Of a DNA stretch of 64,000 nt, positions 9,477-20,196 are shown in pieces. The notes under the pieces are model-generated. The model saw only the letters and a program-made list of their open reading frames with translations, had not been told where the DNA came from and searched no databases. Both the position numbers and the translations under genes were made by a program. Origin of the DNA: a virus; IMG/VR virus record IMGVR_UViG_3300023276_000007, positions 32,001 to 96,000 of that record, one strand, 5' to 3'. Each line of letters starts with the position of its first letter. Position 1 is the stretch's first letter.

Positions 9477-12400
9477 GTGACTTATGTAAAGCCACAAGTT
9501 AAAGTATTTCAAGAGTTTCAAGCCGCTCCGGAAGCTGTCGTTCAGAACCTGAACGCGTTCGTATTCGGACCGCACTATCAACTCTTTAGATACGCAGAAT
9601 CCTCTGAGAAAGCTTTAGTTAGCTTAGGGGATTATGATAAAGATAACGACACAGATTACTTGTGGCCTAATCAGCCGGCATTGTCTGTCGTTGACCAATC
9701 TTTCACCAAACTTTACGCAGACGATGCGCTTTTAAAGTATATCAGCTTTGCTGAGTCAGCGGTTAACCCGTTGGTTCTTACAAGTGCTAGTGTACGGAAT
9801 AAGCTTAGAGCTGCTCCAAGAATAGGTGCTACTACCTCTGCGGGTAACATTGACGTCACAGTCAGTGGTGTTCACAATGGTGGCGCAAATCTTCCGGAGA
9901 GCTATTACGTCTATCCTGCAGAAAGTTTCATTATCGGCTCAGCAGCCGGTGAATTAAATTATATTACGACTGACGGACTTAAAGGATCTATTGCAGTTCC
10001 TGCAGATGCTACGTTAGCTAACAAGGTTGTAGAAGGCCCGGACGGAGTCGCTTTAGACTTTGACCTTACTGGATTGGCAGTTAACGCTCCAAGACAGATT
10101 GTCGTGGCAGGTGCTTCATCAAGCTTCACACTTACACAGTTGAAGAGCAGAATACCTTCACACATTGCAGATGCAGAAGCAGCCGACGCTCTTAGAGTAA
10201 CGGTAGCAGATGCAGCACTCTCGGTTACATATAACCCAGGAACAAGCAATGAACTCTCTGTCAGCTTCGACATTGGCGGCGGTGGTGACTCAGTCGCTGC
10301 GGCTAGAGCTGCTGTTGTTGCAGTTACAGACATTCTCGAAGATTGGGAAGTAAGTGATATCTCTGGCGACGGACTCGATGCAGTTACTACTGTAGAAGAC
10401 CAAGACGCTGCAGACCTTGTTGCTGCCACTACTAACATCTTAGATGATTATGCGTTCTACACAGTATTCGCTAACTCAATTATCTTTAAGACTGAGAATG
10501 GGTTCAACCGTTCAGCTGGTCTTTTCAAAGACGTCGAAGTCGGTGACAGAATACGTCACGTCGTAACTCCAGTCAGCACAGGTGTCCCTGAAGAAGTCTT
10601 CAGCACAGTTGTTGGTTTCGAGCCAGACATCCTTAACGCTACAGTTTCTGACCAAACACCTGCCGACGACAACGCAGAGAACCAACTAAGCACAGATTTA
10701 AGTGCTGGTGATTCTTCCGTCCTAGCTGGTGGTGGTGATAATCAGAACACTGGACTTCTTGTAGGCGGTAACGCAGCAATCTATCTTCTCGATCAGACTG
10801 CTACTTACGATGACGCTTTCGGAGATCAATCACAAGGTGTAAGCGATCTAGACATCACAGTTACGATCGTAGCAGGCGGAGTTGCCACTAGTGGTAATGT
10901 CACTGCTAACGTCTCTAATGCTTCAGGAACGTACAACCGTACAGGTGTTCCAATAGTTGCAGATGCTAACTACCCTGATGGTAGTATCTATATCGGTAGC
11001 AACATGGTTCTCGCCTTTGACGCTACAGGTGATACTTCTGGATCAGGCGGTGGACCTGACAGAGAATTCAAAGCTGGTGACAGTTATGAAGTATCTGGAG
11101 TCCTTACCCCAGTTAACGCTGTTAACAATCTTATTGTCGAGGGTTCTTACTCTGGTCAGCAAGATACTACTTACAGACTAGAAGTTGTTCGTGGCGGACT
11201 TTTCGATAGAACAGTTGTTGCTCAGCCAGGTGTTAACTACTTCGGTAGAGGCCATAACGCTGTCTACGCTAATACAGTTATTACTTCTGCAGGTCAGCCT
11301 GCTGATACAGAAACCCTCACATTAAATGATGGGTTTAACAGTGTTGTCTTCGAGTTCGATAACAATGCTACTGTTTCTGGTACTAACGTTGCTGTAGTTA
11401 TCGGTGGAACTGCCGCAGACACACTAACTAACTTACTAGCAGCTATCCAAGGAAGTTCTCTTGATGCTCAGGCAATCGAGACTGTCTCTGGTACTGAGAT
11501 CACAGTTACGTCTAACAACCTAGCTAACGACCTCACTTCTGCAGGAACACCAACTAACTACTCTACAGTAGATACCGCACTATCAACTCCGACAGCCTCT
11601 ACGGTTATCGCAGCAGTAGTCGACATCTCTCAGTGGACTGGTGGTGATCTTGATGACGAGTATCGTCTAGTTGTTACTAAAGCAGGTGGTAACCTTGTTT
11701 CGACTGAGTTCGCTCTTGAGTCTAACGCTGGTGATAACCAGAACGGTATTTCCTTCCCAGCCTTCGCTACATCTGTAGACGTCGGTATCAAAGGACTTGC
11801 AATCACTCTTACTGATGGTGGCGCTGTTAACCCAGCCTTCGCTGTAGGTGAGACTTTCGTTCTAGACTTGAGACTCTCAAGACCTAAGCTTAAGATTACA
11901 GACTCTGCAGGTATCGATCAGCAGACTAACGTTGTAGTTGCAGATGGTGACATCATTAACGTCGGACTTAACGGCGTAACTGTTGAATTCCCTTCTAACA
12001 CCAACTCTAACGGTGGAATCGACATTAACGGCGGACTAAGCTTAGGCGACGTCTGGACTATTGAAGCTACTGCAAAAGCAAACGGACCTCTTAAGACTCT
12101 TGTTCTTAGTGAGCCTGTTTCTGATAACGTCGCAGCTGCAATCGACTCAGCAGGAGTTCCGGTACCAATACCTGACCTTTTCGCTATCGACCTGTTCTTG
12201 TTTAGCAACTCAGTCACTATCCCAAGTGAGCAGCGTGATCCTAACGTAGCCGCTGGTTTCTTTAACTGGCAAGGTATTGCAGCAAGCTTGACATCTAACT
12301 CTGGAATAACACTCCAGGATAGCAGATGGGTAGACCCAAGTGACAGTTCTATGCCTTACCTTGAATTATGGCAAGGTTCACTTTATGTAGAGTACAGAGC

Positions 12401-13715
12401 ATTACTCAGAGAGTATACTAGCTCAATCTTCTCTATATCTAACATTGACGATGTGGTCAGTTCACTCGGTCCAATTGTTCCAGACAACCCACTAGCTCTA
12501 GGTGTTTACAAAGCACTACAGAACAGTGCAGATGCTACCGTGTATTTCATGGGAGTTGAATCTGATGATGTTGCTGGATACTCTAAGGTCCTAAGTAAAG
12601 CTACTCTTTCTGATAAGCTTTACAGTCTCGTACCTCTTACGTTCGACGATACAATCCACGGATTGGTTGATGCGCATGTTGACGAGATGTCCACAGAAAA
12701 TCGTAAGAGATGGAGAATAGCATTCCTCGCAGCTGAGACCAGCTTCGAAAACGCAATCCTTTGGGGTGGTAACCATCCTACTAATGGAGTGTGGAACGCT
12801 ACTATCACTGACGATACACGAGCTGTCGGTACTCAATACACAAGAGTTGAGTTCACAGAGTTCGCAAACCTACTAGGTACTGTTGCAGTTGGCGATGAAA
12901 TTCGTTTCAACTTCGATATCGATGCTTGGGGTAACGAGACTCACACGTCAGCTGTCGTAGCAGAATTGGAAAGTAATCAGGTTCTTTACCTCGATGCCGC
13001 CCAGCCAGCCGCGATCACAACTGCAGTGAAGATGGAAATTTACCATCCTCTAAGCACAAGTGAGCAGGCTTCTAAACTTGCAGAAACTTCCGCAGCTTAC
13101 GCCGACAGAAGAATGTATGCAGTTTACCCAGACGTACTGTTTAACGAAGGCGTTGCAGAACCAGGATACTTCGCAGCAGCGGGTGTAGCCGGGTTAGCAA
13201 GCTCAGTAGTTCCTCAGCAAGGGTTAACAAACACTGAAGTAGCAGGGTTCGATGACGTTCCAGCTATCTACAGCATCTTTAGTGAAGATGACCTTAACAC
13301 TATGGCCGAGGGTGGTACATTGATCGTAGCTCAAGAGCTACCAGGTGGTCCGGTATTTATCCGTCACCAGATCTCTACCAACCAACGTAGCGGTGTTCTT
13401 GCTAAGACTGAATTGTCAATGGTTAAAAACTTTGACTCCATCAGTTACTACTTCGCTAACAAACTGTCCCCTTACATTGGTAAGTATAACGTAACTCCAG
13501 CACTTGTTGACCACCTCCGCACAGAGATTCTGTCTGGTATCAACTTCTTGAGTTCATTTACAGGTGTAGGTCTTCTTAGCCCGCAGGTCATTAAGGAAAA
13601 CAGTGAGATAGTTCTCATTCAGCAGCACCCAACGCTCGCTGATACGATTATCGCCAATGTGAACCTGAACTTACCAGCGCCGCTTAACGTAATCGAACTA
13701 CACTTAGTAGTATAA
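9477..13715 (+). CDS. Contractile tail sheath protein with large inserted domains
   Basis: N-terminal YVKPQVKVFQEF..FVFGP; C-terminal sheath core (AAGVAG..PQQGLTN, GGTLIV, IRHQIST, PAPLNVIELHLVV); GTG start with SD AAGGAG. Confidence 0.85.
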   Translation: MTYVKPQVKVFQEFQAAPEAVVQNLNAFVFGPHYQLFRYAESSEKALVSLGDYDKDNDTDYLWPNQPALSVVDQSFTKLYADDALLKYISFAESAVNPLVLTSASVRNKLRAAPRIGATTSAGNIDVTVSGVHNGGANLPESYYVYPAESFIIGSAAGELNYITTDGLKGSIAVPADATLANKVVEGPDGVALDFDLTGLAVNAPRQIVVAGASSSFTLTQLKSRIPSHIADAEAADALRVTVADAALSVTYNPGTSNELSVSFDIGGGGDSVAAARAAVVAVTDILEDWEVSDISGDGLDAVTTVEDQDAADLVAATTNILDDYAFYTVFANSIIFKTENGFNRSAGLFKDVEVGDRIRHVVTPVSTGVPEEVFSTVVGFEPDILNATVSDQTPADDNAENQLSTDLSAGDSSVLAGGGDNQNTGLLVGGNAAIYLLDQTATYDDAFGDQSQGVSDLDITVTIVAGGVATSGNVTANVSNASGTYNRTGVPIVADANYPDGSIYIGSNMVLAFDATGDTSGSGGGPDREFKAGDSYEVSGVLTPVNAVNNLIVEGSYSGQQDTTYRLEVVRGGLFDRTVVAQPGVNYFGRGHNAVYANTVITSAGQPADTETLTLNDGFNSVVFEFDNNATVSGTNVAVVIGGTAADTLTNLLAAIQGSSLDAQAIETVSGTEITVTSNNLANDLTSAGTPTNYSTVDTALSTPTASTVIAAVVDISQWTGGDLDDEYRLVVTKAGGNLVSTEFALESNAGDNQNGISFPAFATSVDVGIKGLAITLTDGGAVNPAFAVGETFVLDLRLSRPKLKITDSAGIDQQTNVVVADGDIINVGLNGVTVEFPSNTNSNGGIDINGGLSLGDVWTIEATAKANGPLKTLVLSEPVSDNVAAAIDSAGVPVPIPDLFAIDLFLFSNSVTIPSEQRDPNVAAGFFNWQGIAASLTSNSGITLQDSRWVDPSDSSMPYLELWQGSLYVEYRALLREYTSSIFSISNIDDVVSSLGPIVPDNPLALGVYKALQNSADATVYFMGVESDDVAGYSKVLSKATLSDKLYSLVPLTFDDTIHGLVDAHVDEMSTENRKRWRIAFLAAETSFENAILWGGNHPTNGVWNATITDDTRAVGTQYTRVEFTEFANLLGTVAVGDEIRFNFDIDAWGNETHTSAVVAELESNQVLYLDAAQPAAITTAVKMEIYHPLSTSEQASKLAETSAAYADRRMYAVYPDVLFNEGVAEPGYFAAAGVAGLASSVVPQQGLTNTEVAGFDDVPAIYSIFSEDDLNTMAEGGTLIVAQELPGGPVFIRHQISTNQRSGVLAKTELSMVKNFDSISYYFANKLSPYIGKYNVTPALVDHLRTEILSGINFLSSFTGVGLLSPQVIKENSEIVLIQQHPTLADTIIANVNLNLPAPLNVIELHLVV

Positions 13716-13730
13716 GGAGAGGTATTAACA

Positions 13731-14219
13731 ATGGCTGATATATTTGGTTATAACAGAGGGGCGAAAGCTAAGCAGGTGTTCTCTTCGGAGAATACTAGAT
13801 TGGACTTCGCCACAGGCGGCGCGGGCTTAGCGGCCAACGCCGGTGGTTACCTTGTACAAAACTGGGCCGTTAACTACGGCCAGCAAGTACAAGAAGTATT
13901 TGAATTAGGTTCTAACGCGCTTTACTGGGTGAAGGGTCGACCGCAAGGTTCTGGCACTATCTCCCGAGTAATCGGACCAGCACCAGCTTCCACAGGTCGT
14001 CAAGGTTTATTCCCACAGGAAGCCTTTGATATTTGTGAAGGTGGCGCAATGTTTAACTTGAACGTCCGAGGCGGTTCTTGTGATAACAACGAGCTGGAAG
14101 GTGTTAACATATCCATGGATGGCTGTGTTATTACTACTATCGGGTTCTCTGCTAACGTTGCAGACGCGCGTGTCATGGAAAATATAGGTTGGCGTTTCGC
14201 TCACCTAGAAGTGGCATAA
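13731..14219 (+). CDS. Tail tube protein
   Basis: Follows sheath; LVQNWAVNYGQQVQEVFELGS...GTISRVIG, GCVITTIGFS. Confidence 0.75.
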   Translation: MADIFGYNRGAKAKQVFSSENTRLDFATGGAGLAANAGGYLVQNWAVNYGQQVQEVFELGSNALYWVKGRPQGSGTISRVIGPAPASTGRQGLFPQEAFDICEGGAMFNLNVRGGSCDNNELEGVNISMDGCVITTIGFSANVADARVMENIGWRFAHLEVA

Positions 14220-14242
14220 GTTACCGAACTTAAGTTATTAAC

Positions 14243-14282
14243 GACCGGTAACCGCTCATGAGTGGTTACCGGTTTCTTTTTT
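14243..14282 (+). terminator. Rho-independent terminator after sheath/tube
   Basis: GACCGGTAACCGCTCATGAGTGGTTACCGGTT near-perfect inverted repeat followed by T-rich run. Confidence 0.8.
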
Positions 14283-14296
14283 AAAGGATCAGCTAT

Positions 14297-16651
14297 ATGC
14301 CCAGTAAGCTTTACAATGACAATTTTAAAAATTCTACCGGTACTAAAGGCGGTCCTAAAGGATGTCGTGGTGAGTTCAAGCAAGGAATCATCACCAGAGC
14401 ACTACAAGGTCAATTCTCTTATTCTGTAGAAACCGACAAAGGCGAGACTATCACATGTAAGTCTGCAGCTAGTATGGTTTCCAATATTGTAGGTGTGAAG
14501 GACTTAGCAACACTGTCGTCAGGAACTCCGGTAATATTATGGACTGACGCCCCTGGAGCACAGAATGGTGTTATACTGTGTGCCCTACCTACCCATGCTA
14601 AGGGTAAACAAGAAATAACACCTAGACAGTTCTCAGCAGACCCCGAGTCTGGCACAGCTATGTGGAGTAGTCAGTACTACCAAGAGATGTTGAAAAATAG
14701 AGATTTCAAACAAAAGATATTCGCTAACAATGGAAGACCTTTTGATGTAAACCCAGGGGACTGGGGTAAGATAAACGATCACGGAGTCTTCCTAGGTATT
14801 ATGGGAATGACTGCCACTATGCGAGGGTCGCAGCAATGTGCGATTGAAGTGCATACCCTCGACGACCTATTAAGACTCAGAAGCGGCCAGTACCAGCATT
14901 TCTCTTCTTTCGGAGAGCAACACATCTATAATGATGGTGGTAATATATCTGTAGAGATATGCGGATCTTCTAGGCAGCATGAAGTTTCTGGCAAGGACGA
15001 CATCGGTGAAGAGGTTTTCGAAGAGTCGGACGATATTAGCAATGACTATAAAGATTTAAACATCAAACCCAAAGAGGCAGAGGCTACCCTAAAACGTCGT
15101 TTCCAGATGTTCTTCGGACACCTAGGATTGCTACAGATGTTTGTTGCCAACCCTGAAGAGGGTGATGAGAAGTATTCAAGGAAAGCAAAGCATCAAGGAC
15201 TTTTTCATCTTAACATCGCAGACAGCGGGCATCTAGGCGTTACCTCTGCAGCAGGTATGGCGTTTACTCGTGACGATATCATCCCTATACCTAAGAAGCT
15301 TAAAGAACCTTGGGACCCGTCAGGCGACAAGACAGAAGACGGTGAGATCGGAGAAGAGAAGGAACCTTATAAGATACCCCCAGCATTTAAGGGAGGTACT
15401 CATTTACTTGTAAGAGATATGACTGCATGGTCTAGAAAGAATAGTTACCAAAGATTTGACGAGCAAGAAAAGGATTGGTATGTACCCGAAGCAGATGACC
15501 TAGAAACTCCTAAGGATAAGTACGACACGTTATCCAATGGTAAGGAGTCTACAGAAGAGTTCCAGGATAAGAAAGAACTTAGAGCTGGTGTGTATATAAA
15601 CCCAGACGGGTCTGTTACTATTATGGATGCAGCTGGAACACAGCTAGTCCTTGATGGTAAAGGCGGAATGCAGCTTGGTGGAGCAGGTGCTTTAACTTTA
15701 ATGCCCGGAACTAACGTAAATATATTAGGCGGTGACGATGTTGTCATTAAAGCCAAGAATAGCGTAGACATCACAGCTACAGATAAGGATGTACGACTTA
15801 AGGCTGAGAAGAACCTACATAGTTTCTCTAATGGCGGAATACTACTAGAGTCAGCAGGAGAGCAGTCTGGCCATGGCTTTTCAGACGGAACTGACGGTGA
15901 GGCAGTTAATAGTTCTGGTATTGTCCTTAAGGCAGCAGAAAGCTCTATCTTTCTATGGGGGCAGGAAGTACTCTTGTCTGGTATTAGAGGTATTGGCATA
16001 GAAGCTGTGAAGGGTGCCGCTAAAGGTGTCCGTATTGTAGGTGACGTCGTGAGAGCTATTGGCGACCGCATCCTAGCAGCTACTGGTGGAGCGTACTTAC
16101 AGCTAACTGACACACAAGCAGCTCTAGCTGCATCTGGTAACGCTTTCTTAGGTGGTGAGTCTGGCGCAGCTATCGGTGACGGTGGCGAGTATTGGGTGCC
16201 ACTAACTAAAGCAGGTGACGATGTTTCCACACCACAGCTAGTAGGAGCCAGTAGGCAAGAGAAGGCCTTCTCCTTTGATAGCAGGTCTTGGTTAAGTACT
16301 TTTGAAGAAGGACAACGTGATCCTATAAAGTTCACGTTCAGAAGCTCTGACGAGTATGCTACCAATGACTTTGAACTATATCAACTTTCATGGCAGATAC
16401 TTATAGATAAGAGCCCTATGGCACTGACAGATGCCGGCCTCACCTCTAGTGATTCCTGGCAAGAGATTGAAGTTAATGGAACAATGCCATTTCCGGGTAA
16501 AGACAAAATTAACAGTAACGTATATATTGTCCTAACCAGCGGCGAAGAAAACGTCGATGAGAATGGAAAGATGAAGAACCGTGAGTCTATGACAAACGAA
16601 CCACAGTTTCAGAAGACTTCCTTAAACGAATACAAAGTAACGAAAAGGTAG
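14297..16651 (+). CDS. Baseplate central spike (gp5/gpV/VgrG-like)
   Basis: N-terminal OB-like region; beta-helix-like repeats (DGSVTIMDAAG, DVVIKAKNSVDITATDKDVRLKAEKN). Confidence 0.55.
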   Translation: MPSKLYNDNFKNSTGTKGGPKGCRGEFKQGIITRALQGQFSYSVETDKGETITCKSAASMVSNIVGVKDLATLSSGTPVILWTDAPGAQNGVILCALPTHAKGKQEITPRQFSADPESGTAMWSSQYYQEMLKNRDFKQKIFANNGRPFDVNPGDWGKINDHGVFLGIMGMTATMRGSQQCAIEVHTLDDLLRLRSGQYQHFSSFGEQHIYNDGGNISVEICGSSRQHEVSGKDDIGEEVFEESDDISNDYKDLNIKPKEAEATLKRRFQMFFGHLGLLQMFVANPEEGDEKYSRKAKHQGLFHLNIADSGHLGVTSAAGMAFTRDDIIPIPKKLKEPWDPSGDKTEDGEIGEEKEPYKIPPAFKGGTHLLVRDMTAWSRKNSYQRFDEQEKDWYVPEADDLETPKDKYDTLSNGKESTEEFQDKKELRAGVYINPDGSVTIMDAAGTQLVLDGKGGMQLGGAGALTLMPGTNVNILGGDDVVIKAKNSVDITATDKDVRLKAEKNLHSFSNGGILLESAGEQSGHGFSDGTDGEAVNSSGIVLKAAESSIFLWGQEVLLSGIRGIGIEAVKGAAKGVRIVGDVVRAIGDRILAATGGAYLQLTDTQAALAASGNAFLGGESGAAIGDGGEYWVPLTKAGDDVSTPQLVGASRQEKAFSFDSRSWLSTFEEGQRDPIKFTFRSSDEYATNDFELYQLSWQILIDKSPMALTDAGLTSSDSWQEIEVNGTMPFPGKDKINSNVYIVLTSGEENVDENGKMKNRESMTNEPQFQKTSLNEYKVTKR

Positions 16652-16657
16652 ACCATT

Positions 16658-17404
16658 ATGTCAGACAGTGTAAAAGATAAGATTAGCAAGAAGCTAGGTG
16701 ACGGCGAAAGCCTCGGTAGTGGAGATTTTGCAGAATTCTCTCAGCCTAAGAAAAAAGGCGACGCAGAACTAAGTAGCTCAGTACCTGTAGTAGACAGTGC
16801 TAAAGACGACCCCATCATGGGCGCAGGATCAGATGAAGCTGCACCGACTAACGCCGCAAGGTTGAACTTACATAAGTCTGGTGCCGATTTAGGTATTACT
16901 ATAAACTATGACGAGGTAGAGATTACAGAAGACGATCGTGACGAGTTTCTAAACTGCCTTATAGATAACAAACGATTCACCAGAGAGTTTACCATATTTG
17001 GTGGAAAAGTTACCGGCACCTTAAGAAGCAGAACCTCTGACGAAAGTAGAGCACTTATCTACGAATCTCAAAGAAGAGTTACTATGGGAGAGATCCTATC
17101 CGACTCAGACTATGCAGCTGTTTTCAGAAGAGCTACTATGAGGTTTCAGATACAGCGGTTAAACGCTACAGAGTACCCAGAGGCTAAAGGGCCTTTCTTG
17201 GCACAAGCAACTTTTAAGTCGTTCATGTTGGATGACAAAGCAGCCGAAGCACCTAAGTGGTATGAAGAAGCAGAAACCGCTTGGCAAGGTATGCAAACAG
17301 GACTTGAAGCAGCTATCTTCGCAGAGATACTGAAATTTGAGTATAAATATTGGACAATGGTAGAGAATGCTAATAATCAGGATTTTTGGAATCCCGAAGG
17401 TTAA
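16658..17404 (+). CDS. Tail assembly chaperone (gpG-like)
   Basis: Upstream of the tape measure gene; ends in a slippery sequence. Confidence 0.6.
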   Translation: MSDSVKDKISKKLGDGESLGSGDFAEFSQPKKKGDAELSSSVPVVDSAKDDPIMGAGSDEAAPTNAARLNLHKSGADLGITINYDEVEITEDDRDEFLNCLIDNKRFTREFTIFGGKVTGTLRSRTSDESRALIYESQRRVTMGEILSDSDYAAVFRRATMRFQIQRLNATEYPEAKGPFLAQATFKSFMLDDKAAEAPKWYEEAETAWQGMQTGLEAAIFAEILKFEYKYWTMVENANNQDFWNPEG

Positions 17405-17419
17405 ACCTCGGCCTTCGGG
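17380..17419 (+). promoter_or_regulatory. Programmed -1 ribosomal frameshift signal
   Basis: G GAT TTT (17380-17386), 6-nt spacer, then hairpin CCCGAAGG(17393-17400)/CCTTCGGG(17412-17419). Confidence 0.65.
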
Positions 17420-17790
17420 CTCGCCTTCGGGGAATACCTACTAGAGATTCCGAAAAACATAGACACTCGGGAAAGTTCTACGCTACGGTATGTGAGGTTA
17501 TCGAGAGCGACATCCTTCGTGAAGTACGAGGACAGAAGTACACGGGTTTGATGGCAGGAGCCACTCACCCGACTATAGATTATGATAAAGCTATGGGTGT
17601 AGCTATAGATGCCTACTATAGCTTGTTAGAAACGATTCCTTACTTAACAGGAGGAGCCACTAAAGAGGACATGAAGAAGATGGAAAGAGAAAGAGCCGTC
17701 AAGGACTACCACGAGAACGTGGCCTTCGATAAGAGAGACAACTCTACCGAACCTCCACCTGTTTATGACCATAAGAAGGTTGGAGAATAA
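17380..17790 (+). CDS. Tail assembly chaperone C-terminal extension (gpT-like) via -1 frameshift
   Basis: -1 frame opens at 17377 with no good independent start; reached through G GAT TTT. Confidence 0.6.
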   Translation, partial: GFLESRRLNLGLRARLRGIPTRDSEKHRHSGKFYATVCEVIESDILREVRGQKYTGLMAGATHPTIDYDKAMGVAIDAYYSLLETIPYLTGGATKEDMKKMERERAVKDYHENVAFDKRDNSTEPPPVYDHKKVGE

Positions 17791-17792
17791 CT

Positions 17793-20186
17793 GTGGCGCA
17801 ATCCCCATATAACACCCAGTATACCCCTAACGCCGTAAGCTCTAACTGGATGGTTAACACAGCCTACCAGATGGGCACCAACATGATGGGTATGTCTCAG
17901 TCTCCTGGCTTTGTTATGGGGCAGCGCCCTTCCGATACTATGTTTGTAGTTAACGGAGGAAGCCAACGCAATCAAAAGGCCCATGAAGACCTCGTGGGTC
18001 ATATCAACATAATAAATTCGCTACGTAATACAGGAGGAGAGGCTGGAAACATCGCCAGTACTGCAAGTGGTTACGATAACATGGCTAACTCTTACTTAAG
18101 CCAATTTGATTTTGTAAAGCAGGCGACTGGGGGTAACCTCGACGAATTCTCTCGTAGGATGATTGGAGGAGCTACCAGCATTGCCGGTGGTGGTGACTTA
18201 ACTAATGCACCTGGTGCTAATAGTTGGCAGAAGCAGATGGCATTCCACCAGCAGCATGTACAGCGGGCTAAAAGTTTTGGCAAGAGTATACTAGACTCAG
18301 CATACGTAGGTGGTGACGCTACAAAGGTTAACAAGAGCTTCACTAGAGGGTTTAAGATAGAAGAGGTCGCTGATGTAGTTAGCCAACTTGGTTACGAAGG
18401 CGGGGTAAGCTGGACAAACCGAGACGGCAGCAAAAGATCAGACGAGCAGAATAAAGACGTAGTAAGTCAGCGACTAGGTAAACTTGCGGCAGCTAGAAAC
18501 GTCTTTGGAGAGGGTGACGTTAATTCCCTACAGCAGCAGACACAGCAACTACTCGGCTCCAGCCTAGGGTCTAACGATGATGCCTCCGGTAAAATACTAC
18601 AGCAGATTTCTGCAGAGGCTAGAGTTCTTAATAAAGATGTTAAGAACATGGTCAAGTCTAGAGAGGTCATTAAGAACACTCTAGTATCGTTAAATAAAGC
18701 TAGAGACTCTCGCGGTGTCAACTTAACCTACGATGGTACAGGGTCTATTAGTGGTGATATGGAAGTCACTGCAAATGCTATTGGGTCGTTAGTAGATCAT
18801 GCAACAGCAGGTCTTCCAGGAAAGACGCAAGCAGCTATGTCACGTAACATGACTAGAACGCTTATTAAAGACGTCGACTCTGACGCAGGGCAGTTAGCTA
18901 AGCTAATGCAAGCCGGTATGATGTCCGGAGAAGTTAGTAAAGAGGACTATAACATATTCCAACAGGCCCAACGCTCCGGTAACACCCGAGGAGCTTCCGA
19001 CATAGCCAGACGTACTATTAAGGACGTTGATAAGATAATGTCAGATAAAGTCCTTTTCGAGAATACTATAGGGTGGATGAATGAAGGGGCGATTAAGAAT
19101 CAGTTTGGAGGTAACGTTGCCGAATTCCAAAAAGCCAACGCAGGATACTCAACACAACGTGTTCGTAATATTGCGTTAGGAGGTTCCGCACAACAAGCCA
19201 CTAGGATGCAGGAGATGGGCACCAAACGACGGCTCAATGATATGCGTAAAATTCGCAGAATTACTGGTGTCGAAGAAGATGAGTATACCGACGAGAATAA
19301 AATAGCTGACTATAAAAAAGATTTAGCTATAGGCGCTGGGAACCAAGCCGAGAATGAGAAGACTATACAACGCCAGAAACATCAAAGAGGCGACCTAACA
19401 GATGACCAACTAAAAGAAAAGCTTGCCGAGATAGATAGTACTCTTGCAGACGACTTAGTCTCTATCAAAGGGGTTTCCGGAGATAGCGTCTCAGACGTCA
19501 GAGGTGCTATTAGGTCCGGAAAGGTGGGTATATCTGAAGCACGGGCCGACAACATTTCCGATGTAGCAGACGCTGGGTTCACCAAGCGTCGGGCTAGGAA
19601 ATACTTTAAAAAGGTTCAAAAGTCTGGCAAGCTAGGCGCCTATACTCAGCTAGACAGTCTTGTAGCCCGCAAAGCTATATCAAAGGACCAGATGGCCGAG
19701 ATAATGGATATAGACGATAAAGAAGAACGTCAACAAAAGATCGAGGGTATTATAGGCGAACACTTCGGTGGAGACACTCGACAAGAGGATATATTTAGAA
19801 AACAGACATCGGCAGAAGCAGGCCGCATGACTAACATGTATCTAAGAGACGTAACCCTAAGTGGGGACCGTGGCTTTATAGATCATAAAACATACGCCAG
19901 CAGGAATAAACTTTCCAACGCAGTAGGTAAACAGGCGGGCAAGAGTAAAGACATATCAGACGCCGCTACTGACGATATGAAAGCAAGCGAGAGTCTTGCT
20001 GGAGATAAGAATAATGCAGAAAAGATTCTTAGTGGTATACAAGAACTAGCCGCCGCAGTAACTGACGGCCAAAAAGCCAACCTCGACACCTACGGCGAAG
20101 GCGGTGTCCTGAAGGTTAAAATAATCAACCCTGAAGAAGTTAAGCCATCCGACCCACCTATGGTCGAAAGTGGCAGCGGCGGGTAA
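17793..20186 (+). CDS. Tape measure protein
   Basis: Helical Ala/Gly/Gln/Lys-rich, 797 aa, after the chaperone pair. Confidence 0.6.
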   Translation: MAQSPYNTQYTPNAVSSNWMVNTAYQMGTNMMGMSQSPGFVMGQRPSDTMFVVNGGSQRNQKAHEDLVGHINIINSLRNTGGEAGNIASTASGYDNMANSYLSQFDFVKQATGGNLDEFSRRMIGGATSIAGGGDLTNAPGANSWQKQMAFHQQHVQRAKSFGKSILDSAYVGGDATKVNKSFTRGFKIEEVADVVSQLGYEGGVSWTNRDGSKRSDEQNKDVVSQRLGKLAAARNVFGEGDVNSLQQQTQQLLGSSLGSNDDASGKILQQISAEARVLNKDVKNMVKSREVIKNTLVSLNKARDSRGVNLTYDGTGSISGDMEVTANAIGSLVDHATAGLPGKTQAAMSRNMTRTLIKDVDSDAGQLAKLMQAGMMSGEVSKEDYNIFQQAQRSGNTRGASDIARRTIKDVDKIMSDKVLFENTIGWMNEGAIKNQFGGNVAEFQKANAGYSTQRVRNIALGGSAQQATRMQEMGTKRRLNDMRKIRRITGVEEDEYTDENKIADYKKDLAIGAGNQAENEKTIQRQKHQRGDLTDDQLKEKLAEIDSTLADDLVSIKGVSGDSVSDVRGAIRSGKVGISEARADNISDVADAGFTKRRARKYFKKVQKSGKLGAYTQLDSLVARKAISKDQMAEIMDIDDKEERQQKIEGIIGEHFGGDTRQEDIFRKQTSAEAGRMTNMYLRDVTLSGDRGFIDHKTYASRNKLSNAVGKQAGKSKDISDAATDDMKASESLAGDKNNAEKILSGIQELAAAVTDGQKANLDTYGEGGVLKVKIINPEEVKPSDPPMVESGSGG

Positions 20187-20196
20187 TGGAGGAATT

